Both the position numbers and the translations under genes were made by a program. Below, piece by piece: positions 1 through 12,605 of a stretch of 64,000 nt of DNA. This DNA comes from Hypanus sabinus (lineage: Eukaryota). Numbering within the stretch: the stretch's first letter is position 1; the number at the start of each line of letters is the position of its first letter. The notes under the pieces were generated by a model. That model saw only the letters and a program-made list of their open reading frames with translations, ran no database searches and was not told where the DNA came from. The stretch spans positions 57,288,001 to 57,352,000 of the forward strand of contig NC_082726.1 in the NCBI RefSeq assembly GCF_030144855.1, in the 5' to 3' direction.

Positions 1-1823
1 AATGGAAAAATAGAGAGAGGGATGAAAATACCAGGTTAGAGAAATCAATTTTCAGTATTTAGTTCAGTACATTCACTGGCACGGTGGTGTTGAATTTGCT
101 CCTGAACTGGGCCATTTCAGAGGACAGTGAAGAGTAAACGCCATTGGTAGCCCAGTGTCATGTATGGACCAGACCAGATAAGGATGGGTGATTTTGTTCC
201 TGAAATAACCTATCAGGTTCACTAGATTACCCAATACTGAATAACTCCAATAATCTGGCACCTTCAGGCCAACAGATATTACGAACTCTTGGATATTCCT
301 CAATTTAATGTCCAAACACACTTCCTTCTCACCTCTTTTTTAATGCACTGCAATATATTAAGGCCTCGCGGTTAACACAGCACTTTACAATACTGGCTGC
401 AAGATCAGGGTTCAATTCGTGTCACTGTCTGTAAGGAGTTTGCATGTTCTCCTCATCACTGCACAATTTCCTCCAGGTGGTCTGGTTTCCTCTCAGATAC
501 CAAAAAAAAAGATGTACAGTTTAGAGTTAGTGAGTTGTGGGCATGCTACATTGGTACTAGAAACATAGCGACATTTGGGGATTGTGCAGCATAATCCTCG
601 CTCAGTTGATTTGACACAAATGAGGCAGTTCACTCTACAAATCCATGTACAAATAAAACTTAACTTTAATCTTAAATTTACTAAACCTTCCAGTAAACCT
701 GTTGGGTTTAAAGCAAGCAGGAAATATACAAGCACTCTGAACCCCAGTTCCAACCCCACTCCCCAGTTCCTGGCCTTGGTGGTTTGGACATGGACCTCAG
801 CTCAGGTGTTCATCCTGCTGATGGTCTCAGACTGCACACACTCCAAATTCATGAACGAGCCAGGCGTGAACTGAACAATCAGAGATTTCCAGATCCAAGA
901 TGAAGGTGCAAGATTCAGGTTTTGTTTATCACATGTACAAAGAATCATACGGTGAAATGCATCATTTTTATATATTTAAGAACAGTAATAATTTAGAGAT
1001 ACAGTGCAGAACAGCCGCACCGCCCAGCAACTGACCTATTTAACCCTTGCTTAATCACTGGACAATTTGCAATGGCAAGTAAACCTACTAACCAGTACAC
1101 CTTTGGACTGTGGGAGGAAACTGGGCACCTAGAGGAAACCCATGCATTCATGGGGAAGACGTACAAACTCTTTGGGACAGCACTGGAATTGAACTCCAAA
1201 CATGGATGCCCCAAGCTGTGATAGTGTCCCACTAGCTGCTACGTTACCATTGCGCCCCTCTGCATTAACAACTAACAGCCTACAGATGTGCTGGGGGCAG
1301 CTCACAAATGCCAATATGACATTCTGGCATCAAAATACCATGTTCACAATACTCGGCAGAATGACACACAGCACACAGCAGAGCAAGCCCCATTCCTCCC
1401 ACGTTCCCACTCACACACACAGTCCTCCAGAAGCATATTCAGAAACTTCCTGGGGCTTTCCAGACATTGCAAAAGCTTCACGATGGTGGGAATAAATCCC
1501 ACAAAAAGTGTAGTTGAGTCATTTTCACTGGAACTCTGTCCTCACAGTCATATAACTTCTATGAGATGTTTCTCACCACCCAACAGCGCGGTCAAAGGGC
1601 AGAGCAGCACTTCTTATCAAGTTAAATTTCAAAGTCATAGAGTCACAGAGACTTACAGTACAGAGTCTTACAGCCCTGACAACCTGTTCATGGTGATGTG
1701 TAGCCCAACAAGCTAGCCCCATCTGCCTCCATTTGGCCTACAGCCCTTTAAACAACTCCTATCCACGTATTTACCAGCATGGCTCTTGAACAGTGCTAAT
1801 GTGCCTGCCTCAGGCACTATTTC

Positions 1824-2212
1824 TGTTGTGTATTTAATGCTTCAGTAATATTTGAGTAATCTTGTGTATATTACTCAATATAAGTAATATACACAAGAAG
1901 GCTGGAAACTGGGGTTGAGGAGGAGAAGAGAAAAGGACCAGCCATGATTGAATGGCGGAGCAGACTTGATGGGCCAGATGGCCTAATTCTGTTCCTATGT
2001 CTTATGGTCTATATAGATTGATTATGCATTCTTGTTCATTTAAATAATTCATTACAGGTTATATATACAAAATGTAAACTGCAAACATCATTATGCTCCC
2101 ACCTGATATATGCGCACCTTGCTTAAAGTAAACACAAAGTTAGACCCACATTCCCAGTCTCCCATGTCTTCCTTTGAATTAGTTTAATGTTCTGAAGTTA
2201 GAAAATGTAACA
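1824..2212. mobile_element. Solo LTR (TG...CA) with 5-bp TSD, interrupted by a CR1 3'-end fragment (~1895-2010)
   Basis: Reads atttc|TGTTGTG...ATGTAACA|atttc. Related partial copies lie at ~7800-7952 and ~57190-57285 (shared aaagtaaa..caaagtt and ctgaagtta..aaa..taaca). Confidence 0.7.
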
Positions 2213-3879
2213 ATTTCTACCAGTTTATTCCAAGTAAATACCACCCTTTGTTTGAAGAAGCTGTCCTGACATCCCTTTTAAATCTCTCACCCCTGGATTT
2301 AATATCTGTGCCCAACACACACAAAATGTTGGAGGAACTCAGCAGGTTGGGCAGCATCTATGAAGGAGAGTAAACAGTTGGCGTTTTGGACCAAGACTCT
2401 TTATCAGGACTGGAAAGAAAGGGAGAAGAAGGTGCCACTGATCTTCATCCACCCCTTTGCAATGCAGTCAGCAGGTCCTCTGTGCTATCCAAGTCTCTAC
2501 AATCAGTAGAGGACAAGAGCTTCCCTACGTTGGTGCTGGGTGCGTTTCAACGGAGACCAAGTCACCAGGACCCCAGATCATGTAAAATGCAACAGTTCAT
2601 CAGCAGCCTGTGATTACACATGCAACTAATGCAGCTGCTCTCCAAGTGCTGCAAGCATGTCGCCCTGCAATGGTTTATCTGCCGACTCTGGCCCAGACTA
2701 TGATACAACATGTGCTGCCAAGCTTCCTCAATTACTCTTATTCAATTAGCCCATGTCCAAGAAGACTCCTGTGGGAACATGTGCGGGGAAGGCTGACACA
2801 TTCTGCTCAACAAAGACATTAATTTTCCCTCTGCCTCAATGTATCCAGCTCATTATACGTTTAACCAACTGCATAGACCTTATAACCTTAAGTTGCTCGC
2901 TGACGTGCCCCGCCATGGAACGTTAGCTGCACTGTTTATCATAACTACAAGCATTGCATTAGCATTGGTAATTGGTATCTGGCTTACTGCTGTCACATGT
3001 ACAGAGCAACGGTGAAAAGCTTGGCATCTGGACAGTTCGTCCCTTTCATAAGCACATCAGGATCATAAAAAGAAAACAAAATTCAAAATAGAGCATTACA
3101 AGAATGCAGAAAGATAGTAACATTTTATAGAAGAAAACGAGTAAGCAAATATTTGACTTATTTGCGTGGGAAATGTTGCCCTCCCTAAGAGGCATTCTCA
3201 GCAGATGTAAAAGATCCCCTGGTACTGGTCACATTCCTCCATTTATCAAAGGGGTACTTTCCTACAAAATGTTTCATTAGGCAACGTTTTGTAAATTGAA
3301 ATGATCGGGCAAAATAAATTATTGTAGCACTGTGTGATCCAAAGGGCAGAGGGTGTTATAACTATAATCACAAGAAATTCTGCAGATGCTAGAAATCCAG
3401 ATTACTACACACAAAATGCTAGAGTAACTCAGTAGGTTAGGCAGCATCTCTGGAGAAGAATAAACATTCCATTTTTCAGGCCGACACCAGTGTGGAGTGA
3501 TATAATATTCCTTATATCATAAGGTGGAGTGATTATAATGTTCCTGAAAAACAGATTTGAAAATCAAAGACTCAATAATGTTACAATAAAAGATTGCATA
3601 TACAGGTTCTAACTCTCTAGACTGTGGCCTGACATGTTTTGAATCTAGAGTGCAGATCTATACTAATGAACTAATTCTAACTAAGATCTGAGATCTAAAA
3701 TTAATTAAGATTGGTACTAATTTGTACTTAATTAATCTACCAGTGCTACTTTTGTGATTTTAGTCAACAGCATTTCTGCCGCAATGAAAATTCTGGATTA
3801 TGAACTTTTCTCAGAGCCTGCTAGCTTGTTTCCAACAACTATTCCACCATACTTAAAAAGCACAATTCTCCTACTCTGA

Positions 3880-4280
3880 GGATGATGATTAAGGGTTAAC
3901 ATATCAGGAGTGTTTGATGGCACTGGGCCTGTACTGTAAGTTTAGAAGAATGAGGGAGAACTCACCGAAACTTATTGAAGGGCCTAGATAGAGTGGATGT
4001 GGAGAGGTTGTTTTCTATAGTTGGAGGGTCTCAGAATTGAGGAACATTAACTTAGAACAGAGATGAGAAGGCATTTCTTTAACTAGAGGGTGCTGAATCT
4101 GTGGAATTCATTGCCACAGACAGCTGCAGAAGCCAAGTCATTGGGTATATTTAAAGCGGAGGTTGATAAGTTCTCGATTAGTAAGGACATCAAAAGTAGG
4201 AAGGTAGGGGAATGGGATTGAGAGGGATAAAAAATCACCCATGATAGTATGGCCTAATTCTGCTCCTATGTCTTATGATC
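3880..4280 (+). mobile_element. CR1 LINE 3' fragment
   Basis: Contains gagatgagaagg..tttcttt..gaatctgtggaattcattgccacag and the ggcctaattctgctcctatgtcttatg tail. Confidence 0.88.
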
Positions 4281-4882
4281 TGATCATTAGCGGACAGTTC
4301 CTGTGATCCAAAACTGTCAGGTTGCAAGGATGCCGGAATAGACAGTTCCAAACAGTAAAGTGTTTGTAAGCTGAAAACAACCTGTACGGGAAATGATCAT
4401 CAGTTCCTGGCCAAAATTTATCCCTCAATAAGCTCTTTTAAGTAAATATGCAGAATCTTACTGTACCTAAATTATTTGCTGCCTTTTCACTGAGGGTTAA
4501 TCTTTTGGAATATGATGAAAGGAATGGGGAAACTACTAAATAAACATGGGTCCTTCAAGTTTCTTTCATTCTTGAGATAACTGGCAAGGTTGGCATTTAC
4601 TGAACAAACCATAAAAATATGGTGATAAGCAGCCTTTCTGAGATGCTGCAATCTTTGTAATGCAATGTTGTCTAATAGAATTATACTGTATAAAAAGAAT
4701 TAAACATTTTACTTTTTTGTTATAATAAAATTCCATAAAAAGACACTAATTATTAAGTTTGAAAGGGACAGAAGAGGCTGATTAAGTATTAGTGATTAAA
4801 TGCCACAACTTTCAAATACGTTCTGCGCTATGAAAAGAACACTTGTGAACTAAGTTCCAGGAGAGAAAGAAAGGGATGTCAC

Positions 4883-5097
4883 TGTGGTGAACTACATATA
4901 CCTGTCTGGACACGCCCCTCTGCTGACTGCTCCTGTGGCTCCTCCCACAGACCCCTGTATAAAGGTGACAGGAGGCACTGCTCCTCCCTCAGTCTCCAGG
5001 ATGCTGTGTGATGGTCTCTTGCTGCTGATGCTGCTTTCTTCCAGCTAATAAAAGCCTATCTCCACTCACGTCTCCCAGAGTTATTGATAGTGCATCA
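4883..5097 (+). mobile_element. Solo LTR, 215 bp, 5-bp TSD GTCAC
   Basis: Reads gtcac|TGTGGTGAAC...GTGCATCA|gtcac, with a TATA-like tgtataaagg and AATAAA. Same family as 11758-11973. Confidence 0.9.
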
Positions 5098-5584
5098 GTC
5101 ACTTTAGCTATTCAGCTCCAGATTTCTTGTAAAATCATCTGATCTCTAACACCATTCACAGTCCCAAAACACTGTGGAGCTGATAAAGTATCCGGAAATT
5201 CAGTCACTATTGAGGAGCAAAAAATTGTGAAGCCATTCTTCTACAGTAAGTTCCTGTGTGATAAAGACCAGTTGAAGTGATTCAGAGGGTTAAATATTTT
5301 GCTTTAAACAGTTTGTTGGCTGTCAGTCTTTGTGTACAGTTTCTCATGGATTCTATTGTATTTCTTAGTTCTAGCATAAATGTTTGCAAGAACATGAATT
5401 TCAGGGAAGTATTTGGTGACATACACATCCTTTGATAACAAATTTACTTTGAACTTTTGAGTGCAGTTAGTAAGGAAGTGCAAGATCATAATGAGGTAGA
5501 CTGTGAATTTAAGAGTCCAACTTGTCATATTGGATAACTATTTAATAGTCTCATAACAGTGGGATAGAAGCTGTCCTTCAGCTA

Positions 5585-6123
5585 TAAAGCCATAAGACAC
5601 AGGAGCAAAATTAGGCCATTTGGCCCATTGAGTCTGTTCCTCGACTTATTATCCTTCTCAAAAGCATTCTCCTGCCTTTTCCCCATAACTTTTGATGCTC
5701 TTACTAATCAAGAACCTATCAACCTCTACTTTAAATATAACCAGTGACGTGGCCTCCACTGCCATCTGTGGCAATGAATTCCACAGTTTCACCATCTCTG
5801 GCTAAAGAATTTTTTTCTCATCTCTGTTCTAAATAAACATCCTTCTATTCTGAGGTGGTGCCCTCTGGTCCTAGATTCTCCACTATAGGAAATATCCTCT
5901 CCACATCCATTCTCTCTAGGCCTTTCATTCTTCCATAGGTTTCAATGAGATTCTACTCATTCTTCTAAACTTCCATGAGCATAGGGATAGAGTCATCAAA
6001 TGCTCCTCATACTGTATTCCCGGGATCGTTCTTGTGAATCTCTTTTGGATCCTCTCCAATGCCAGCACATCTTTTCTTAGATAAGGGGCCCAAAACTGTT
6101 CACAGCACTCCAAGTGTGGTCTG
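5585..6123 (-). mobile_element. CR1 LINE 3' fragment
   Basis: Encodes RPHLECCEQFWAPYLRKDVLALERIQKRFTR, followed by the CR1 3'UTR. Confidence 0.9.
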
Positions 6124-7130
6124 TGTATGGTGATACATGTTTTTATCCTGTTGCATCTTTTGCCCAGTGTAAGAGAGGAGAGGAGAGTATATTCAAGGTG
6201 GGTGGGGTCTTTGATTATACTGGCTGCTTTACTGAGACAGCAAAAGGTGTTGTCAGAGAAAAGTATAATCATCCAGAATAGTGAGGTTACGAGTACGGAA
6301 ACACACTTCAAATAACCGTACCAGCCCTGTGAACACTGACAGAGTTAAATCTTTCCACAAGCCATCCTGCCCTGTTAAACCCCATGCTTTCAACATAACC
6401 AACAGTGAATTACAAATCTGACCACACAACCACCTTCACTTACAGTTCATCTGAAAGGAAGTATGTTGTGCATCATTTTTTTTCTTAAATCAGAACTTTT
6501 CCAACCTGAAGAAATGTTCCACTGAATGTCAGTGGGAGGTGGCTTGCTCAGTAAAAGGGCTTCTGTATCAATGCCCCCTTCTCAACTCTTCCCATCTCCT
6601 CACTTCACATTTCAAGGCTCAGACTGATAAATGTGGAAGGGTCCTTAACCGTTATCACCTCAGATCACCTCTCCCCCACCCCCCCCCCCCCCCCCCGGGA
6701 GCTGCTTTGAAATATGGCCTGGAACAGACGACACTGTTATTAGTGAACTTCCATCAGGCTCTGACCCTGAGCTTTAACCTTTTATTATTCAATTTCCTTG
6801 GATCTGGTTTCCCACCTGATACACCTCACAAGAGTCCTGGCAGCTCAGGAAAAAGAAGTGTTTCTTCCTGCCATGTTCAAAACTGGGAAGCAGGAAGAAG
6901 AGGCTGGCTGGCCCAGGACTCGGCCTTCACAAGAGTTTGCCACTTCTATTGCCTGCAGCACCACATAAAATGAAAACAGTGATCAGCCATTCACAAACAA
7001 GAGAAAATCTGCAGATGCTGGAAATCCAAGCAACACAAAGAAAATGCTGGGGGGAACTCAGCAGGCCAGGCAGCATGTACGGAAAAGATTACAGTCAATG
7101 TTTCGGATTGAGATCCTTCAGCAGGACAAA

Positions 7131-7799
7131 GAAATTTGGAGAAACAAGAAATTAACCTCTTTTGAATATAATGCATTTAATTGCATAACAACACTGGAGC
7201 TTTGCAATAGTTCAACTAAGCTAAAAATGTTTTGTTGCTGATTATCATTTGTAGTCAGTGCCTGGGGCTTCTCACTTAAGTGTCCAATAATCAGCCAGCA
7301 CTAATGGATTCTAGTTGCCCTGATACCATTTCTCCATGACTGCAATATCCTGGTGAAACCTTTCACCACGCTCATCACTGACAGTGCCAAGATTTGCAGG
7401 GAAGAAGTCTAAATGGGAATGCAGAAAATTAATCTGTAGTGACGTGTTGCACTTCATGGTTTTGTATGCTTGAAGCATGTTTTCAATCAGCTGCACGTAG
7501 TTTGGTGCTCTGTAGTTGCCAAGAAAATTTTCAACAACATCCTTAAATGCCTTCCATAGGATTTTCTCCAGTCCCACTAAATTGCCTGTCATTGCCTGTT
7601 GTGGACCAACAAATATCCCTTCCTTAATCTTGGCATCAATTACACTGATTTGAATTATGAATTGAAATAATAAATATAGGCAATTTCAAAACAATTGTGT
7701 GTGATAAGGAAATTTCATGGTGATCTTCATGATCAGCAGCCCAAGATTGATAAGATACACCCAAAGGTATCCAGGAAGCAAAATCTTTGTTGTCCAGTG
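7131..7799 (-). mobile_element. Chapaev3-like (CMC) DNA transposon deletion derivative, 3'-truncated
   Basis: ORF 7311-7592 carries FLHSHLDFFPANLGTVSDERGERFHQDI, which I recall as a Chapaev3-type transposase C-terminus. The terminus CACTGGACAACAAA lies next to TAA. Confidence 0.7.
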
Positions 7800-9469
7800 T
7801 AATTCATTATGGGTTCTATGTACACATATGTGAATCGCATGTGTCATCCAGCTACCACATGATACATACACACTTGGCTAAAAGTAAACTCAAAGTTAGA
7901 CCCGCATTTTCGCACTCCGGTGTCTTCGGTTTTGAAGTTATAAAGTGTAACAATCCAGACTCCACTTCCCCACCAGAACTGGTATTTTATTCTGCAACAA
8001 GTTCCACAACAACTTATTGGGAGACAAAGAGTTCTGGGATGCTTAATCCCTCACTTCAGTGTCTCATCCTCTAGCAGTAAACACCTAGTGCAGGAAAATC
8101 AGAAACGAGTGTGTTAAGACTACAAATTTCAGGTTGTGTACTGTACTGTATACATACTCTTTAAATGAACCCCTGAACATTTAAAGTTCTTTATGAATAT
8201 ATGCCCTAACCTGATTGGGCAGCTCACAGGGCACATTGGGCAGAATTGAACCCCGATCACTGGTGCTGTACAGCATTGCACTAACTGTGCTGTCCCATTA
8301 TTATTATCCATCCCATAGCATCTGTGAGAAGATGACAATAAGTGGCCTCCTGAAACCACCGTCATAATTGCCACATAATACTCAGCTAGGTTTTGGAATG
8401 GAGCTGGACTCATTATGAAACCAAATAAATGTGCGAAGGCAATAAGTAGTTGTAAAGATAAGAGGAAAATAATTGGGAATGGGACCAAATGGTTTGATGC
8501 TCAAAGGAGTTAGCATGGAATCAGTTGGCAGAATGGCCTTCTAAAGTGTTATATGTTCTACAAAGCTGTATTTTCCCATCTTTGCTCTTCATGGAGCCTT
8601 GCAGGCAAGAAACACAATAATCCATTTTGTGAAGTCTTTGAAGATATTTTTTACAATGTTATAAGGCATTGTCTGATATGAGTCTATTATTATCTCATTG
8701 GATGTCTTTTAAACTGCTATTCTGTAGACCTTCTGTCTGAAGGAATGGGGCTGATAACATGCAAGATGTCCTAATGTTATGCAAAACCTGCTGGGGACAG
8801 CTGTGTTGATTAGCTCAGAATTTAATAAGGAATTTTGAAACAGTGGCCATTGCATATATTAAATTACACGCATGAACCTGATCATAAAAGATACAAATTA
8901 CTGTCCTATAAAACAGCACCACTACAATCATCCAAAAATAAATACCTCACTAGTTTAGTGCTTGGCTGAAGCTGTTAATTTAGTCTGGCAAGCAACAGTA
9001 ATAAAACGAATTAATTCAAGGCTAAGTTAGGCCCTTGTGAATAATGTATCACACACACAGTCTCTCGATTCGACCCATGGGCAATTACTCGTAAGTACCA
9101 CCAATGTGAGCTCCTCAGCAACCAATCCCCAAGGCACCTCCGGAATATCAATAAAATCTCCATATCATTACGCTTTAGCCTGACTCATATCAATGCTTAG
9201 TATTTTACCACAAGGGCACCCTGAAATGAAAAGTTCAGCAAAAGAATGGAGCTTCTTATTAGAAAACGAAGTGCAAGTCCTGCTAACACATCGGATAGTT
9301 AACCTAAAACTGTTTTCTTAGCAATGTTGCTGGCAGACGTCTCTCAATAAGGAAGGAGAAGAGAATTCTGATTATCTCTTCAATGATTCCTCTCTGCAGT
9401 GTAATTTCAAAGCATGTAGAGTCCAATGAGTGTTATTAAGATATTCAACTATTGACTGTTGGTTTCTCT

Positions 9470-9800
9470 TGTTGTTCCGAAGGCTTCATTTTAAAATTCT
9501 CATCCTTGTTTTCAAATCTCCCCACATCCTCATTCACTCCTGACCTCCCTGACCTCTTCCTGTACTATAATCCTCCGAGATCACTGTCTACTTCCAACAC
9601 TGCATCCCGATTGCCTCCGAATTTAATTACTATACTGTTGGCAGCCGTGCCTTCAGCTATCAAGGCCCTGGACACTGGTATTCTCTTCCTATACCTCTCT
9701 CCTATAAGATATGCATCAATGGCCCAGACTTTGCCCCATCTTTAATGTGAACATTTTCTGATTGATGATGTCTCTGTGATGTACCTAGGGATGATTTTGT
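9470..9800 (+). mobile_element. Old L2 LINE 3' fragment
   Basis: Contains ttttaaaattctcatccttgttttcaaatc (FKILILVFK), cctccgagatcactg and ggcagccgtgccttcagc (GSRAFS). Confidence 0.7.
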
Positions 9801-10161
9801 TTCGCTCAATGTGCTAAGTAAATTGAAATTATTGTTATCTCTCCTCATTTCCCATCAGGAAGTTAATTCATCACCACAGATTTCCCTCCAACATGGTCAG
9901 CCTTCCATACTTTCACTTAATGTAGGTCAACATGACAAATGGGAAATGGGATACAGTGACAGAGTGCCTCTGTTAATGGACCAGCAATCCAAAAGCCTTG
10001 AATAATTACATGTACACTCGGATTCAAACCTCACCATTGTAGCTAGTGAATTTGATTCATTTGATTTGATAAATCTGGAACATAGAGCTAAAATTAATAA
10101 CAGTGAGAATGATACTAGCTTATCATAGAAGCCATGGGATTCATGGATGTCCTTCGAGATA

Positions 10162-10864
10162 TACTCAGTGGTTTACTTAATAGCTACCTCCTGAACCTAA
10201 TAAAGTGGCCACAGAATATATGTTCATGTCTTCTGTTGCTGTAACCCATTCTCATCCAGCTTCAAAGTGTTGTGCGTTCAGAGATGCTCATGTAATGTGT
10301 GGTTTTTTTGAGTTACTATCACCTTCCTGTCAGCTTGAACCAGTCTGGCCATTCTCCTCTGATCTCTCTGATCAACAAGGCATTTTCATACAAAGAAATG
10401 TCACTCACTGAATTTTTTTTGTTTAACACACCATTCCCTGTAAACTCTAGGAACTGTTGTGCATGAAGATCCCAGGAGATCAGCAGTTTCTGAGAAACTC
10501 AAACCACCCTATCTGTCAACAACAATCATTCCACGGGCCTTCAAGATTCACCCAGTGGCCACTTCATTAGGTACCTCCTGTAATAGTCTCTCGAGTTTAC
10601 AGAGAATGGTGCAAAGATCAAAAACATCCAGTGAGCAGTAATTCTGAGAGCAAAAATGCCTTGTAAATGAGAGAGGTCAGAGGAGAACGGCCAGACTGGC
10701 TCAAGCTGACAGGAAGGCGACAGTAACTCAAACAACCACATATTACAACAGTGGTGTGCAGAAGAGCATCTCTGAATGCACAAGACTTCAACATGCTTTG
10801 AAGTGGATGGGCTACAGCAGTCAAAGACCACGAACATATACTCAGTGGCCACTTTATTAGGTAC
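10162..10864. mobile_element. Tc1/mariner-derived non-autonomous element(s), two inverted copies
   Basis: TIR-like CAGTGGCCACTTTATTAGGTAC motifs at ~10166/10195, 10553 and 10843. The 10195-10450 segment is the inverted counterpart of 10580-10864. Confidence 0.75.
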
Positions 10865-11757
10865 AGAAAGTACAGTATCTCATAAAGAGGCCACCAAGCA
10901 TACAGTGCACTTCTTGTACTTCCTACTAAAACACATCACCTCATTGGATTACTTTGTTAATTCACTGTCTTATACACCAGGATGCAATGTGGTTCCTCGA
11001 AGCTCACTGAGTCAATGGTAATAATACAGTAGATCAGTAAATACAATGATGAGCACAAAGCTGCAGCCTAGGGCACAGAATGTAGTGCAGTCTGAAGTAA
11101 AACTACTGAAATTGCAATTAAATTTAAACTTCATCTGCCGTGCATCTGCCCAAGTCACCAGCTGTTGATATCCTCTGGAGCCTAGCATCGGAGAGTTCTG
11201 GGTGTACCGTCAGATCAGATTGATTGCGAGAATATGACAAGTATGCAGGTAGCTATTCAACTGCTCAGTCAATCGATTGGGTCTCGTATGTGCAGCGAGC
11301 TCTCTCTCTTTTGAGTGCGGGTTTTCAATTGCACGTTTTTGTCTCGGTGGGCCCAGTTCGTCACTCCCACACTGTAGGTTGCCCAGTGTGTATGTTACCA
11401 ACCTGACTCAGTGAAAATGCATAATCATACTACTCCGTTGTTGGTCTTGCTCTGTACAATGGGCTGTGTAGGAGCGAGTGTTCAGACTGACCCACACTCA
11501 ACAACTTCTGCCATGAACCCAGTCCGCTTTTGCACTTATTGATTTACTTATTTTTAATTGTAATTTATATTAATTTTTATATCTTGCACTGTACTGTTTA
11601 GGGAAAATGTCAAAGGCAGGTTTTTTTACACAGAGAGGGGTAAGTACTGAAGTGATGGTAAAAGCTGATACATTAAGGACATTCAAAAGACTTTTAGATT
11701 GGCATATGGATGAAAGAAAAATGGAAGGTTATTGACTAAGTAAGAGGGTAAAGTTAG

Positions 11758-11973
11758 TGTGGTGAACTATATATACCTGTCTGGACACGACCCCTGCTGA
11801 CTGCTCCTGTGGCTCCTCCCACAGACCCCTGTATAAAGGCGATTGAGGCATGAGCCCGGCCTCTCAGTCTCTAGGATGTAGTATGATGGTCACTCACTGC
11901 TTGGTCCTTCTTCCAGTCAATAAAAGCTGATATCTCGCCTTACGTCTCAGAGTGAGTTATTGATGGTGCATCA
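11758..11973 (+). mobile_element. Solo LTR, 216 bp, 5-bp TSD GTTAG, inserted in a CR1 3' fragment
   Basis: Reads gttag|TGTGGTGAAC...GTGCATCA|gttag. Highly similar to 4883-5097. Confidence 0.9.
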
Positions 11974-12356
11974 GTTAGATTCATCTTAGAGTCGTTTAAA
12001 GTAATGGCAAGTTAACAAATTTCACAACATATGCCGATGATAATAAACCTGATTCTGATTTTGAACATCGTGTACCAAAGGGTCTGTGGCTGAGCTGCAC
12101 TGCTCTATGTTTTATGTTAAGGAAGAAGAGGTTGTGAGATAAGCTTTCAGCAGCAGGTATCTGTATTTATGTCACATTTTCAGCACAGTGAAAATATCCT
12201 CAGGCACTTCACAAAAGCATTGGAGAGAATTGGGCTGCCAGCTAACAGGGAGAATAAGAGGTCAACAGCTTTGTCAAAGGTGATTTTTAAGGGACTTTTA
12301 AAGGAAAATAGAGAGGCAGGATGGGATCCCAGACCATAGGATCTGAGCATCTAAAC

Positions 12357-12435
12357 CAATGGTTCCCAACCTTTTTTATGCCATGGCCCAATACCATTAA
12401 GCAAAGGGTCCTGGACCCCCGGTCGGGAAACCCTG
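12357..12435. mobile_element. hAT-Charlie-like MITE (~80 bp)
   Basis: Reads CAATGGTTCCCAACC...GGGAAACCCTG with 8-bp TSD-like flanks atctaaac/ttctaaag. Same family as 46701-46780. Confidence 0.7.
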
Positions 12436-12533
12436 TTCTAAAGGCATACCTGGTCGTGATGAAGTGAAAGAAGATGGAGATGGACCCAAACCCAACCACC
12501 TGTTCATGCAACCAAACATCTGTTCCATCTTAC

Positions 12534-12605
12534 CTCAGAGCCAATGAGGCGGAGGACAAGCCCCACGGTTGGGGTGGTGCTGGATGTTGTCCTCAGGTTG
12601 GTTCC
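12534..12605 (-). CDS. CCDC33: CCDC33-like internal exon (GTNLRTTSSTTPTVGLVLRLIGSE)
   Basis: Acceptor actctccacag, donor GAG|gtaaga, 72 nt, phase 0-0. Resembles recalled human [24 protein letters not shown]. Confidence 0.87.

Noticed and set aside
802-870. Minus-strand acceptor followed by FTPGSFMNLECVQSETISRMNT-stop, in frame with the last CCDC33 exon
   Set aside because: It does not resemble the expected next CCDC33 exon (RPENFLT...) and would drop the coiled-coil half. No independent support.
9197-9220. Minus-strand acceptor (ttttcatttcag) followed by GALVVKY-stop
   Set aside because: Very short, no homology, and such sites arise by chance.
4883-11973. Possible full-length LTR retrotransposon between two similar LTRs
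   Set aside because: Each LTR has its own distinct TSD and there is no PBS, gag or pol between them.
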